The position numbers and the translations under genes were made by a program. Below, piece by piece: positions 36,341 through 46,232 of a stretch of 64,000 bases of DNA. The stretch lies in NCBI GenBank assembly GCA_037134895.1, contig JBAXLI010000006.1, positions 38,812 to 102,811 on the forward strand, read 5' to 3'. This DNA comes from Bacteroidota bacterium (GTDB lineage: Bacteria; Bacteroidota; Bacteroidia; Bacteroidales; FEN-979). The notes beneath the pieces are model-generated. The model was not told the origin of the DNA, made no database searches, and saw only the letters and a program-made list of their open reading frames with translations. The stretch's first letter is position 1. Each line of letters starts with the position of its first letter.

Positions 36341-39013
36341 TTACTTTTTCCATTCCCTTATATATACATCGGTGAATTTACCCATCCAGGAATTTGAGCC
36401 GGAATACCGCTTTACAATGTTCTGCGGATCTGCATTGATGTATACAAGTTTATCTTTAGAAGCCAGTATTCGCGCCAGTTTCTCCTGGCAGACATCCAAC
36501 CTGTCGGAGGGCAATTCCTGCATATGGAGCAGGCTGAGGTATCTCAGGGCTTCCTTCGGGTCTCCATTGTTCATGTAATATTCCAGAGCCTGCATAGATA
36601 TAAAGGGGTTTGCTTTCGCCATGATGAACTCATACACCGACACCAGCGGGATGCCAAAGTGATCGATACGTTTCTGTGTATAAATGTCCTGGCTTTGAGC
36701 CAGCAACTGAAGGCCTTTCTCATATTCCCCGGTGGTCATACATACATTCGCTTTCTCAAGATTTTCCTGGTAGACTGCTGCATTAGTATACTTTTCTATC
36801 GAATCAGTCAAAGGCCTAAGGTCAAATTTGCAGCTTTCAGTCAGCCCGGCCCTGAATATTGCATACTTCAGTATTTTCACCCCCCTGTAATAATTGTTCA
36901 TTGCAAAACTCCGTCCGGCCCTGATATTTAAAAGCGAAAGGCTGTCCTGCATGATGCTGCAGGCATAGTTTGTAATTTCATTATGGTAACCTGAGATGGC
37001 CCTGCTTATTACAGGATCCGCTTCAAGGCCTTTGTTCCTGGCCGACTCCTTCGCAAGCCTTAAAAAATTCAGGGCCGAATCTGGCATGTTGCCCCAGATC
37101 AGCCTTTTCTCCTGTGAGATCCGGTCGAGGAGCCATTGCTTATATGCCTGGCGGTAAACCGAAACAGCTGAGGCATCGGGAGGGATTGAGTAGGCGGCAG
37201 AAAGCCTTTCGGCCTGCTCAAACTGCAAGATCGCCCTGGTAAACTGAAGGTGGTTATAATATGCATTTGCCAGAGCATTGATTTTCTTCACCCTGATTCG
37301 CGCAATAGTGGGAGCCAGTGAATCAAGCATGCCTGCTTTTACAGAACCCGGAGAAAGTTCGGAAGAGTATTTCACTGCATTGTCATAACAGACCAGGGCG
37401 CTGTCGTTCATCTCTGCTTTAAGCGCTTTTTTGCATTTCCCGGCCTGGCTGCTTATCAGTCCAAGCAAAGCTGTGGTTTTCTTTCCAATGATATCGGGTC
37501 TCAGGATCTCAAGGATCCTTCCTTTGTATGTCGTCTCACATCCCCTGAGGCAATCCAGTGCATCAGCATAATCTCCATGCTCAAGAAGACTGTCGCAATG
37601 CTCAAGCTGTCCCACGAAGATCGAACGATAGACCCTTCTGTAGACCGAATCTGAAGTGATAAATTCAGGGTACTTTGCCCTGTAGTCCTCCGCTTTTTGG
37701 AGGTACTCCATGGCGAAATTTGTGTTTCTGCCTGAAAGGCTGCTGGAAGCAATACCTGCGTAGGAATTATATATCCCGTTCACTGCAGCCGACATCAGTT
37801 GTTCCCATCCATTGGGATTCCTAAGGTATGGATTCACCTTTGCCATACTTTTTGAATTCCCAATCAGTAAAACTGCATCATAGAATCGTTTTTCGCCGAT
37901 CAGCTCAAGCGCTTTCCGCCTGTATGATTGCATGAGATTTTGAGAGGCCCATGAAAGCAGGGTGTCAGACCCGATACCGGGGAAGGTCTTCAGGAGAACC
38001 TGCTTCATGACTTCTCCATCGTTTTCAAAGACTTTACGTGAGAAAAAGGTATTAAGGTAATCCTGGTATATGAGGCCCTGGATATTCTCCATAAGTGAGC
38101 TCAGGCGGATAAACCTCATCAGCCGTCCAATAAAATAATTGCTGATACTGTCGGCCGGGATATAAACACTTGTAATTCCTGGTTTTTCAATGGTTTCGGC
38201 AAGGTTGAACTGGCAGGTCCTCGAAACCTTGTACAAAGCCAGGTATTTTTCAAGAAGGCGGGATTTATCTCCGCCCTTATTGATCAGCCTGGCAGCAAAA
38301 TCCCTGTCATTTACAAGCTCAAGAACCTTCACCAGTTCAGAAAGACGGATGTAATTAAAGGCAATCTGTGCTGTATCCCTCATGTCCCAGCTCCGGGATT
38401 CTTCGAGCAGGCTGTCGATGAGCGCGACGGAGGCATAATAATCGTCAATAAGACTCTTGCGCTGATTAAATCTCTGCCAGTCCCCGGCCGAATAAGTGAA
38501 CGAGAAACCGCTGCACCGGATGGTGTCGGCAACGCTGTCAAAATCGCTTATGTCAGCTTTACCCGCCAGAATTGCAGGTTCCCCGTCAATCTGCCCTTCG
38601 AAATCCTGAAGTTTAAAATCTGAAGTATCAAGCCTGGCGGATGTTCTGAGTGAAAACCTCACAGCTGAAGGCATCAAAACATCTTTCACAGGGAAGGAGC
38701 GATACTGCAGGTTGCCCGACAAATTAAAATCCTTAAACGTGACAAGCACAGCAAACGCATTTGTCTTCAAAGGATGAAGACCAATTTCCTGTCTGAATCC
38801 TATGCTCACATTCACAAAACGCGGAGGCCTTAACAGATCTTTCGCAAGTTCTTCAAGGATATAGTTCCCAAAATTCTGTTTCTGACTGTACGAACGGGTG
38901 TATGGGAGCCTCCATGAAGTCAGGGTTGCCGAATAAGGTTGTTCCTGTTGTGAGAGCGCAGGATACCCCAGCAGTAAGATTATCAGAATAAGAGCAAAAA
39001 CCGGCCTGCACAT
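36341..39013 (-). CDS. large secreted, mostly alpha-helical (TPR-like) hypothetical protein
   Basis: Long uninterrupted ORF with the signal peptide MCRPVFALILIILLLGYPALSQQ. A beta-rich ~180-aa N-terminal part is followed by ~700 aa of helical-repeat-like sequence. No catalytic motif or family recognised. Confidence 0.6.
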   Translation of the reverse strand: MCRPVFALILIILLLGYPALSQQEQPYSATLTSWRLPYTRSYSQKQNFGNYILEELAKDLLRPPRFVNVSIGFRQEIGLHPLKTNAFAVLVTFKDFNLSGNLQYRSFPVKDVLMPSAVRFSLRTSARLDTSDFKLQDFEGQIDGEPAILAGKADISDFDSVADTIRCSGFSFTYSAGDWQRFNQRKSLIDDYYASVALIDSLLEESRSWDMRDTAQIAFNYIRLSELVKVLELVNDRDFAARLINKGGDKSRLLEKYLALYKVSRTCQFNLAETIEKPGITSVYIPADSISNYFIGRLMRFIRLSSLMENIQGLIYQDYLNTFFSRKVFENDGEVMKQVLLKTFPGIGSDTLLSWASQNLMQSYRRKALELIGEKRFYDAVLLIGNSKSMAKVNPYLRNPNGWEQLMSAAVNGIYNSYAGIASSSLSGRNTNFAMEYLQKAEDYRAKYPEFITSDSVYRRVYRSIFVGQLEHCDSLLEHGDYADALDCLRGCETTYKGRILEILRPDIIGKKTTALLGLISSQAGKCKKALKAEMNDSALVCYDNAVKYSSELSPGSVKAGMLDSLAPTIARIRVKKINALANAYYNHLQFTRAILQFEQAERLSAAYSIPPDASAVSVYRQAYKQWLLDRISQEKRLIWGNMPDSALNFLRLAKESARNKGLEADPVISRAISGYHNEITNYACSIMQDSLSLLNIRAGRSFAMNNYYRGVKILKYAIFRAGLTESCKFDLRPLTDSIEKYTNAAVYQENLEKANVCMTTGEYEKGLQLLAQSQDIYTQKRIDHFGIPLVSVYEFIMAKANPFISMQALEYYMNNGDPKEALRYLSLLHMQELPSDRLDVCQEKLARILASKDKLVYINADPQNIVKRYSGSNSWMGKFTDVYIREWKK

Positions 39014-39098
39014 AAATATTCCTGGAGTTGTATCAGCGGCAAAATTAAAAAATAGGGAACACCCATCATTTTATTTGGCAGAGTTAAAAGTTTATTTA

Positions 39099-39106
39099 TA
39101 ATTTTG
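39099..39106 (+). promoter_or_regulatory. candidate -7 box TAATTTTG (TAnnTTTG) for the RND efflux operon
   Basis: Consensus match in the AT-rich region upstream of the adaptor gene. It overlaps the ORF-track TTG start (39104), which argues for a downstream ATG start. Confidence 0.35.
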
Positions 39107-39133
39107 AGAATGAACAAAACAAATCATTCAGTT

Positions 39134-40297
39134 ATGAGAGAGACATACCTAAACCGTCTTCTATGCTTTGCTGCCGCTATTCTCATCGTCATCAGCCCTG
39201 CATGCAAATCGAAGGAAAAAGGGCCAGTCCAGGCTCCCGAATTTAAAGTAATGCAGCTCAAGGGAAGCACCGTTCCCGTATTTCTTGACATGGTTGGGCA
39301 GGCCGAAGGCATTCCAACAGTAGACATCCGGGCCAGGGTTGAAGGTTATCTGATGAACTGGTCTTTCCAGGAAGGTTCGATGGTGAATAAAGGTCAGCAT
39401 CTGTTTCAAATTGAAAAGGATCAGTACAAAAACACGCTTGATTATTCCAAAGCCGACCTTGATTCTAAAACAGCAGCCTGGGAAAAAGCCAAGCTGGATG
39501 TCGCCAGGTTAAAGCCCCTGCTTGCAACCAACGCCATCAGCCAGAACGATTATGATGTTGCTGTGACAACCGAAAAACAAACCAGGGCTGCGGTTGCAAG
39601 TTCCAAAGCCGATCTGGAACAGGCTACACTTAATCTCTCATATACTGATATGGATTCTCCCATCACCGGTTATATCGGGGCTGTACAGGTAAGACCGGGA
39701 AACCTTGTCGGCAGGGGAGAAAGCACGCTTCTTGCCACGGTATCTGCCGTAGACCCAATGTATGTCAATTTCCAGATGAACGAAACCGACTATCTTTCGA
39801 TTGTGAGGTATGTGGCCAACCATAAAGGGGAACTTGTCAAAAACGGACCGATAAAGGTTTACCTGACCTTGGCCGATAAAAAGAAATATCCCATACCGGG
39901 TGAGATCGATTTTATGGACAGAAATGTTAACGCAAATACAGGGACTTTAGCCCTCAGGGCAAAAGTTGCCAATCCTGAGCATATCATTAAACCGGGGAAC
40001 TACTGCCAGGTGCAGCTTGTCCTCGGTGAAAGGGATTCAACCGTGATCGTACCCCAGAGTTCCCTTACCATTGTCCAGGGCAAATATTTCGCTTTTGAAG
40101 TGAATGACTCCAATAAAGTCAACAGGGTTCCTGTTGCCACAGGACGCAGTTTTGAAAACAAGATAGTTATTGCAAGAGGATTGAAGCCGGGATCAAGGAT
40201 CATGCTTGAAGGTTTTCAAAAGTTCCAGGAAGGCATGACAATAAAGCCTGTAATTGTTCAGGACACTTTAACCCTGCCCGGACCGGGAGTACTGTAG
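39134..40297 (+). CDS. RND efflux periplasmic adaptor (membrane fusion protein, AcrA/HlyD family) lipoprotein
   Basis: Lipoprotein signal LLCFAAAILIVISPAC. Lipoyl/hairpin/beta-barrel order (VDIRARVEGYL, coiled-coil 39420-39620, SPITGYIGAVQVRPGNLV). The start could also be ATG 39110. Confidence 0.85.
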   Translation: MRETYLNRLLCFAAAILIVISPACKSKEKGPVQAPEFKVMQLKGSTVPVFLDMVGQAEGIPTVDIRARVEGYLMNWSFQEGSMVNKGQHLFQIEKDQYKNTLDYSKADLDSKTAAWEKAKLDVARLKPLLATNAISQNDYDVAVTTEKQTRAAVASSKADLEQATLNLSYTDMDSPITGYIGAVQVRPGNLVGRGESTLLATVSAVDPMYVNFQMNETDYLSIVRYVANHKGELVKNGPIKVYLTLADKKKYPIPGEIDFMDRNVNANTGTLALRAKVANPEHIIKPGNYCQVQLVLGERDSTVIVPQSSLTIVQGKYFAFEVNDSNKVNRVPVATGRSFENKIVIARGLKPGSRIMLEGFQKFQEGMTIKPVIVQDTLTLPGPGVL

Positions 40298-40412
40298 GAT
40301 TTACGATTTGCGAATTACGTTCGGCGAAGCCGTAATGAGCACCATTAAAATTAACAATATTGCGAATAATTACGAATTACGATTTACGATTTACGAATTA
40401 CGAATTACGAAT
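40298..40412 (+). repeat. degenerate heptanucleotide array (TTACGAA/TTACGAT type) in two blocks
   Basis: Block 1 at 40298-40320 is gatttacgatttgcgaattacgt. Block 2 at 40361-40412 is tgcgaataattacgaattacgatttacgatttacgaattacgaattacgaat. A 40-nt unique segment separates them. Confidence 0.85.
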
Positions 40413-40416
40413 GCTT

Positions 40417-40494
40417 AACCCCTAACTCCAAATCCCTAATCCCTAACCCCTAACCCCTAATCCCCAACCCCCAACCCCCAAACCCTAATCCCCA
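40417..40494 (+). repeat. degenerate heptanucleotide array (CCCTAAT/CCCTAAC/CCCCAAC type), about 11 units
   Basis: aacccctaactccaaatccctaatccctaacccctaacccctaatccccaacccccaacccccaaaccctaatcccc. It ends 4 nt before ATG 40499 of the RND pump and uses the same unit as the array at 6983-7024. Confidence 0.95.
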
Positions 40495-40498
40495 CAAT

Positions 40499-43400
40499 AT
40501 GCTCCAGACCTTTATCACCCGTCCGATCCTTGCTTCCGTGATCGCTATAATCATCACACTGGTCGGCATCCTGTCAATGTTCACACTTCCGATCTCACAG
40601 TACCCGGATGTTGTTCCCCCTACTGTGACGGTTACAGCATTTTATCCAGGTGCAAGTGCTGAAGTGGTTCAGAAAACCACAGCTGTTCCACTGGAGGAAC
40701 AGATCAACGGGGTTGACAACATGATCTATATGCAGTCCCAATGCGCTAACGACGGATCCTGCCTCATTACGGTGTATTTTGAAGTAGGTACCGACCCCGA
40801 TATGGCGACTGTAAACGTACAGAACAGGGCCCAGCGGGCATATAATGTTCTTCCCCAGGAAGTAAATCAGAGCGGGGTTATCATCATGAAAAAGAACCCG
40901 GCCATCCTTGCACTGTATACTTTGAGCTCGGCTGACACGGCTTATGACACCAAGTTCCTTGCGAACTATTGCAATATTAATATTGTGAATGTACTTAAGC
41001 GTATCAAAGGAGTAGGAGACGTTTCACTTTTCGGGGGTGACGACTATGCAATGCGGGTCTGGCTGATTCCCGAGCGCATGGCAGGCTTTGGTCTCACTCC
41101 ACAGGATGTCGAGAAGGCCATCAGGGACCAGAACCTGGAATCGGCACCGGGCCAGATCGGAAAAAATCCGGCAGCTTCAGGACAACAGGTAAGTTATGTG
41201 GTTCGCGTAAAAGGAAGGTTCACCGAAGAAAAAGAATTCGATAACATCATCATTCGTTCAAATCCAGATGGGTCTTTTATCAGGATAAAAGATGTGGGCC
41301 GATCAGAACTTGGATTGAAGACCTATGACAATTACTCCAGGCTCAACGGAAAAACAGCGCCAGCCGTGGCTGTTTACCAGTCGCCCGGATCAAACTCCCT
41401 GGCTGTTAAAAAAGCCTGCGACAATGCATTAAACGAACTTGCAAGGGAATTCCCGAAAGGCATCTCCTACCAGGTGGCTCTTGACACAACTGCTTTTGTA
41501 ACTGCCTCCATAGATGAAGTTCTCAAAACCCTGATGGAGGCATTTGTTCTTGTGTTCATAGTTGTATTTATTTTCCTCCAGGACTGGAGGGCGACCCTGA
41601 TTCCTGCTATTACGGTCCCTATTTCGCTTATTGGAGCCCTTGCGGTATTTTCATTTTTCAATTTTTCAATTAACCTTCTTACACTGTTTGCACTTGTGCT
41701 TGCGATCGGGATAGTCGTTGACGATGCCATTGTGGTCCTCGAGGCAATCCAGGAAAAGATCGACACCCATCACCTCTCACCCCTGGATGCAGCCAGGGAG
41801 ACCATGAAGGAAATAACCGGGGCAATCATTACGATCACCCTGGTGCTTTGTGCAGTCTTTATACCGGTAACATTCCTGGGCGGAACTACAGGGGTGATGT
41901 ACAGGCAATTTGCAGTCACCCTGATCGCATCCATCTTCATATCTGCAGTGCTGGCCCTTATACTCAGTCCTGCTCTCTGTGCTATACTTCTCAGGCCATC
42001 GACCAAGAAAAAAGGGCTGATAGGGAAATTCTTCAATGGCTTCAACAAAGGGTTTGAAAAAACAGTTCACGGATATGGCAATCTTGTAACTAATTTCATG
42101 CACCACACATCGAGGCCTTTAATATTCCTTGGCATTGTTGCGGTACTCATGATCCTTATCATGAAAACCCTTCCCACCGGGTTCATCCCGTCTGAAGACC
42201 AGGGTTATTTCTTTATTAATGCCACCACACCAAAGGCCGCTTCGCTTGAAAGGACCGACAAAGTCATGCAGAAGGTGGAAGCCATCCTTGCAAAAACCGA
42301 AGGTATTAAATATTACCTGATCGTACCCGGATACAGTATCCTCGACAATTCGGTGAACACCACAAACGCCATGGCATTTATTAATCTTGTTCCCTGGGAC
42401 AAAAGGGATAAGACCGCCGATGAGATCATCGCCGAAGTCCAGGCCAAGATGAAACGGATTCCCGGTGGAATTTGCATGGCATTCAATCCGCCTGCAATCC
42501 CCGGCCTTGGAAAAACCGGAGGTCTCGAATTCCAGATTGAAGACAAAACAGGCTCCGGCTCCGCAAAGCTTGCTGAAGTCACAGGTGCATTTGTTGCTGA
42601 AGCAAACAAAAGAAAGGAATTTGCCAGCATCTTTACCTCATTCAGGAACGATGTACCACAGTTTTTCATTGACCTCGACAATGACAAAGCGAAAAAAATG
42701 GGGGTTTCGGTGAGTGAGATTTACGGAGCCCTCCAGGCCATGTTCGGAAGCTATTACGTTAACGATTTCAACAAATTCGGCAAATCCTACCGCGTCATTA
42801 TTCAGGCCGATGCCCAGTACCGGGCCAATCCCGAGGATCTGCAGAAAATTTATGTCAGGAATAACATCGGAGGCATGGTACCACTCGGAACCCTGCTTTC
42901 GATCAGGGCTGTTCAGGGTCCCGACATTGTAAAGCGATTTAACCTTTTCAGTTCTTCCGATATGACTGCCAACGTTGCAGATGGCTATAGTACCGGCCAG
43001 GCTATTGAAGCAGTTAAGGAGGTTGCTGCCAAAACTCTTCCATACGGGTTTGGGTATGAGTATTCAGGTAACACGCGTGAGGAGCTTATCTCGGGCGGAC
43101 AAGCGCCATTTATTTTTGCAATGTGCTTCGTTTTCGTTTACCTGTTGCTCTGTGCACAGTACGAGAGTTGGCTCCTCCCTATGCCGATCCTGCTGGCCCT
43201 GCCATTTGGCATCTTCGGAGCATTTGGTTTTCAGTGGATAAGAGGTCTCCAGAACAATATCTTTGCCCAGATCGGCCTGATCATGCTTATCGGCCTTGTT
43301 GCCAAAAACGCCATCCTTATAGTAGAATTTGCGCGGCAAAAATATCAGACAGGCATGGATATATATGAGGCGACCCTGGCAGGAGCAAAACTTCGTTTCA

Positions 43401-43660
43401 GGCCTATCCTTATGACCTCATTCGCATTCATTCTTGGTGTAGTGCCTCTGGTAATTGCAGTAGGCGCCGGTGCAAACAGCCGTAATGCCCTTGGAACTTC
43501 CGTATTCGGAGGGATGCTGATGGCTACTATGTGCGGTGTACTTGTAGTTCCAACACTCTATATCGTATTCGAAAAATTTGAAGAGAAACTCAGGAATAAG
43601 AAAGAAGCTCCTGTAGCTGAAAACACCAGTAAAACTAATTCCAAACCGACAATCTCCTGA
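40499..43660 (+). CDS. RND multidrug efflux permease (AcrB/HAE1 family)
   Basis: 1053 aa with a 12-TM/2-large-loop architecture. N-terminus FITRPILASVIAIIITLVG. Conserved VDDAIVVLE and AKNAILIVEFA blocks. Confidence 0.95.
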   Translation: MLQTFITRPILASVIAIIITLVGILSMFTLPISQYPDVVPPTVTVTAFYPGASAEVVQKTTAVPLEEQINGVDNMIYMQSQCANDGSCLITVYFEVGTDPDMATVNVQNRAQRAYNVLPQEVNQSGVIIMKKNPAILALYTLSSADTAYDTKFLANYCNINIVNVLKRIKGVGDVSLFGGDDYAMRVWLIPERMAGFGLTPQDVEKAIRDQNLESAPGQIGKNPAASGQQVSYVVRVKGRFTEEKEFDNIIIRSNPDGSFIRIKDVGRSELGLKTYDNYSRLNGKTAPAVAVYQSPGSNSLAVKKACDNALNELAREFPKGISYQVALDTTAFVTASIDEVLKTLMEAFVLVFIVVFIFLQDWRATLIPAITVPISLIGALAVFSFFNFSINLLTLFALVLAIGIVVDDAIVVLEAIQEKIDTHHLSPLDAARETMKEITGAIITITLVLCAVFIPVTFLGGTTGVMYRQFAVTLIASIFISAVLALILSPALCAILLRPSTKKKGLIGKFFNGFNKGFEKTVHGYGNLVTNFMHHTSRPLIFLGIVAVLMILIMKTLPTGFIPSEDQGYFFINATTPKAASLERTDKVMQKVEAILAKTEGIKYYLIVPGYSILDNSVNTTNAMAFINLVPWDKRDKTADEIIAEVQAKMKRIPGGICMAFNPPAIPGLGKTGGLEFQIEDKTGSGSAKLAEVTGAFVAEANKRKEFASIFTSFRNDVPQFFIDLDNDKAKKMGVSVSEIYGALQAMFGSYYVNDFNKFGKSYRVIIQADAQYRANPEDLQKIYVRNNIGGMVPLGTLLSIRAVQGPDIVKRFNLFSSSDMTANVADGYSTGQAIEAVKEVAAKTLPYGFGYEYSGNTREELISGGQAPFIFAMCFVFVYLLLCAQYESWLLPMPILLALPFGIFGAFGFQWIRGLQNNIFAQIGLIMLIGLVAKNAILIVEFARQKYQTGMDIYEATLAGAKLRFRPILMTSFAFILGVVPLVIAVGAGANSRNALGTSVFGGMLMATMCGVLVVPTLYIVFEKFEEKLRNKKEAPVAENTSKTNSKPTIS

Positions 43661-43661
43661 T

Positions 43662-45032
43662 ATGAGTTCAAAAAAATATATTCTCCTGGCCCTGGTCCTG
43701 TTGTTCCTTGCAGGCAACAACGGCTGTAAAATAGGCCCGAACTATAAAAGGCCCCAGGAAGACCTTGGGAAACAATACAGGTTCTCAAGCCAGACCGATT
43801 CAGTCACTTTTGCCGATACCTCCTGGACAAAGCTGTTCAGGGATACCGTTCTGCATAATATGATCAGGAAAGGCCTTAAAGCCAATTTCGATATCCGGAT
43901 CGCCTATGCAAGGGTAAACCAGGCTCTGGCCCAATTCAAGTCGGCAAGGGCAGACCTTTTCCCCTCAGTTCAAATCAATGGGAATGTACTTTATCAGAAC
44001 AATGAGGTTCCCCCCTCGGGAACATCTGAATTCAATGATGCCTACCTTAATGCAGGCCTCACCTGGGAGCTCGATGTATGGGGAAAACTCAGACGTGCCA
44101 AGGAGTCGGCAAGAGCCCAGCTTTTGTCACAGGAAGCATACCGTCAGGCAACCTACATTAACCTGATATCCAGCATTGCCCAGGGTTATTATTCCCTTCT
44201 TGAGTACAGGGATGAATACAGGATCACCAAAGAAACCGTAAAGATCCGTGAAGAAGCCCTGGCCCTTGTAAAAGCCAAACTCATTGCCGGAACTGCCTCG
44301 GGTCTCGTTGTTGCACAGGCCGAAGCTGAACTCGCAACTGTGAAAACTCAAATCCCTAATCTTGAAAAAGCAATCGGGAAACAGGAAAATGCAGTCAAAC
44401 TGTTACTGGGGGACTTGCCGGGTGAAGTTAAATCAGGGAGTTCCCTTATGGCCCAGGTTGATACAAACATAATCCCGAAAGCAGGTATCCCTTCATCCCT
44501 GATCGTTCGTCGTCCTGACCTTATTGCTGCGGAACAGCAGCTTGTATCGGCAAATGCCCAGATCGGAGTTGCCCGTGGAATGATGCTGCCGAAGCTCACC
44601 ATCAGTGCTGATATCGGAGCATCGACATTAGCCGGTGGCATGATAGGTTCGGCTGTTGGCGGACTTGTGGCTCCTATCTTCAACTGGGGAAAACTCAGGG
44701 CAAACCTGCGAAAATCTCAGGCTTATCATGAAGAAATACTGGCCACTTACCAGAAATCGATATATACTGCCATCTCCGAAGTGTCGGATGGAATGCTGTC
44801 TGTCACTAAGATGAGGCAGATGGTTATGGAGCAAAGGAATCTCAAAAACGCAGCCCAGACTGCTTTTGACCTCTCAAACCAGCTCTGGAATGCAGGGTAT
44901 GCGAGTTACCTGGATGTGATCAACGCCCAGAGATTGCTTTACCAGGCAGAAGTGCAATTGTCCCAGGCTGAACTTAACTCACTTCAGAGCGTGGTGAGCC
45001 TTTACCTCGCATTAGGAGGGGGCTGGAAATAA
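43662..45032 (+). CDS. RND efflux outer-membrane factor lipoprotein (NodT/TolC family)
   Basis: Lipoprotein signal LFLAGNNGCKIGPNYKRP (the typical NodT start). Duplicated TolC-like helical/beta repeats. C-terminal LYLALGGGW. Confidence 0.9.
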   Translation: MSSKKYILLALVLLFLAGNNGCKIGPNYKRPQEDLGKQYRFSSQTDSVTFADTSWTKLFRDTVLHNMIRKGLKANFDIRIAYARVNQALAQFKSARADLFPSVQINGNVLYQNNEVPPSGTSEFNDAYLNAGLTWELDVWGKLRRAKESARAQLLSQEAYRQATYINLISSIAQGYYSLLEYRDEYRITKETVKIREEALALVKAKLIAGTASGLVVAQAEAELATVKTQIPNLEKAIGKQENAVKLLLGDLPGEVKSGSSLMAQVDTNIIPKAGIPSSLIVRRPDLIAAEQQLVSANAQIGVARGMMLPKLTISADIGASTLAGGMIGSAVGGLVAPIFNWGKLRANLRKSQAYHEEILATYQKSIYTAISEVSDGMLSVTKMRQMVMEQRNLKNAAQTAFDLSNQLWNAGYASYLDVINAQRLLYQAEVQLSQAELNSLQSVVSLYLALGGGWK

Positions 45033-45057
45033 ATTTCTGTCGTAAATTGAACCATCT

Positions 45058-46215
45058 ATGGTAAATATACCTCGACAAGATAAAGGTCTTTTAGTTATCC
45101 TGATGACATTCCTGCTCTTTTCAGGACAGGTTCTAGCCCAGAGTAAAGTCGACAGCCTGACCGACAAGGTGAAAAATGAAGTTTTCCAGCGGCTGAAACA
45201 TTTTACTTTTGGTTTTTATATGGACGCCTATTATAATGGCACCTTTAACAGTAAAAGCGACACATCAAACCTCGTCCCGTTTTCGAGCAACTGCCCGGTT
45301 CAAAACCAGATCCGCCTTAATGTTGCAGCTATTGAGATCGGTTACACCTCCGACTGGGTAAGAGGCAAGCTTGCGATCCAGTTCGGGGACGCGCCGAATC
45401 TTCTGGCCGCGCCTGAAGCCCAATTTATAAAAAACCTAAGGCAGGCCAATTTTGGATTCAGGGTAGGGAAAAAACTTTGGCTCGATTTCGGGTATTTTCT
45501 CAATCCGGTTGGGCTTGAGTCTTCCTGGCCTGTATTGAACTACCTGAGTACCGTCACAGTTGGCGGGTACTATGAGCCTGGCAGCGTGTTAGGTGTGAAA
45601 CTGACCTGGAATGCTTCTAACCAGTTCTGGGGAGGAGTAATGATCGGGAATCCATACTCCCTGGCATATTCAAAAAACACAAGGCTTGCAGCCTTGATGT
45701 TCATTTATTATCAGCCCTTACCCAACCTTACCATTAATTACAATAATTACATTGACAACCAGGCCCTGGCCGATAATGAAATTAATCATTATATCGTGTA
45801 TAACAACCTTATCGTCCAGTATAACCCGACCCCGAATTTTTTTCTCACTGGTCAACTTGATTTCGCGGTTCAGACAAACAGCACCCTGCCCCCCGATACA
45901 AATGAGGTGGCGACCATGTTCTCAGGCCTGATCCAGGCAAAATATGTTTTTCTGGAAAAATATTCTGTATGTGGCCGGTTTGAATTCTTTAATGATTATG
46001 ATGGATTTCTTTCAGGCCCTTACTATTATGACAACCAGGTACGTGGACTGAAAACGGAAGGTTTCTCGCTTGGCTTTGAATACAAACCCGTTAAAATAGG
46101 TTATATCCGGCTTGAATACCGTCATCTGTTTGCGGCAAGCGGGAATGACGTATTTATAAGCGGAAAAAGTGATAACCTGCAATCGTTGGTCTTTACCACC
46201 GGTATCAGGTTTTAA
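45058..46215 (+). CDS. putative porin-like outer-membrane beta-barrel protein
   Basis: Signal peptide LLFSGQVLAQ. Alternating amphipathic strands. C-terminal TGIRF (terminal Phe), typical of OMPs. Co-directional with the OMF gene, 25 nt downstream. Confidence 0.55.
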   Translation: MVNIPRQDKGLLVILMTFLLFSGQVLAQSKVDSLTDKVKNEVFQRLKHFTFGFYMDAYYNGTFNSKSDTSNLVPFSSNCPVQNQIRLNVAAIEIGYTSDWVRGKLAIQFGDAPNLLAAPEAQFIKNLRQANFGFRVGKKLWLDFGYFLNPVGLESSWPVLNYLSTVTVGGYYEPGSVLGVKLTWNASNQFWGGVMIGNPYSLAYSKNTRLAALMFIYYQPLPNLTINYNNYIDNQALADNEINHYIVYNNLIVQYNPTPNFFLTGQLDFAVQTNSTLPPDTNEVATMFSGLIQAKYVFLEKYSVCGRFEFFNDYDGFLSGPYYYDNQVRGLKTEGFSLGFEYKPVKIGYIRLEYRHLFAASGNDVFISGKSDNLQSLVFTTGIRF

Positions 46216-46232
46216 GCTATAGTCTCGTTTGG

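Noticed and set aside
39104-39133. ORF-track TTG starts at 39104 (adaptor gene), 56155 (AraC gene) and 52065 (lipoprotein gene)
   Set aside because: The first two TTGs lie inside TAnnTTTG -7 promoter boxes. The third lies inside a terminator hairpin. In each case a downstream ATG gives a sensible signal peptide or TM start.
40335-40418. 27-aa sORF (MSTIKINNIANNYELRFTIYELRITNA) inside the heptamer spacer
   Set aside because: Most of its length is just the translation of the TTACGAA repeat. There is no independent coding evidence, so it is noted only as a by-product of the array.
40298-40498. Possible CRISPR array or miniature mobile element in the adaptor-pump spacer
   Set aside because: The repeat units are 7 nt with no unique spacers. 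There are no terminal inverted repeats or target-site duplication, and no cas or transposase genes nearby. It is a simple tandem-repeat tract.
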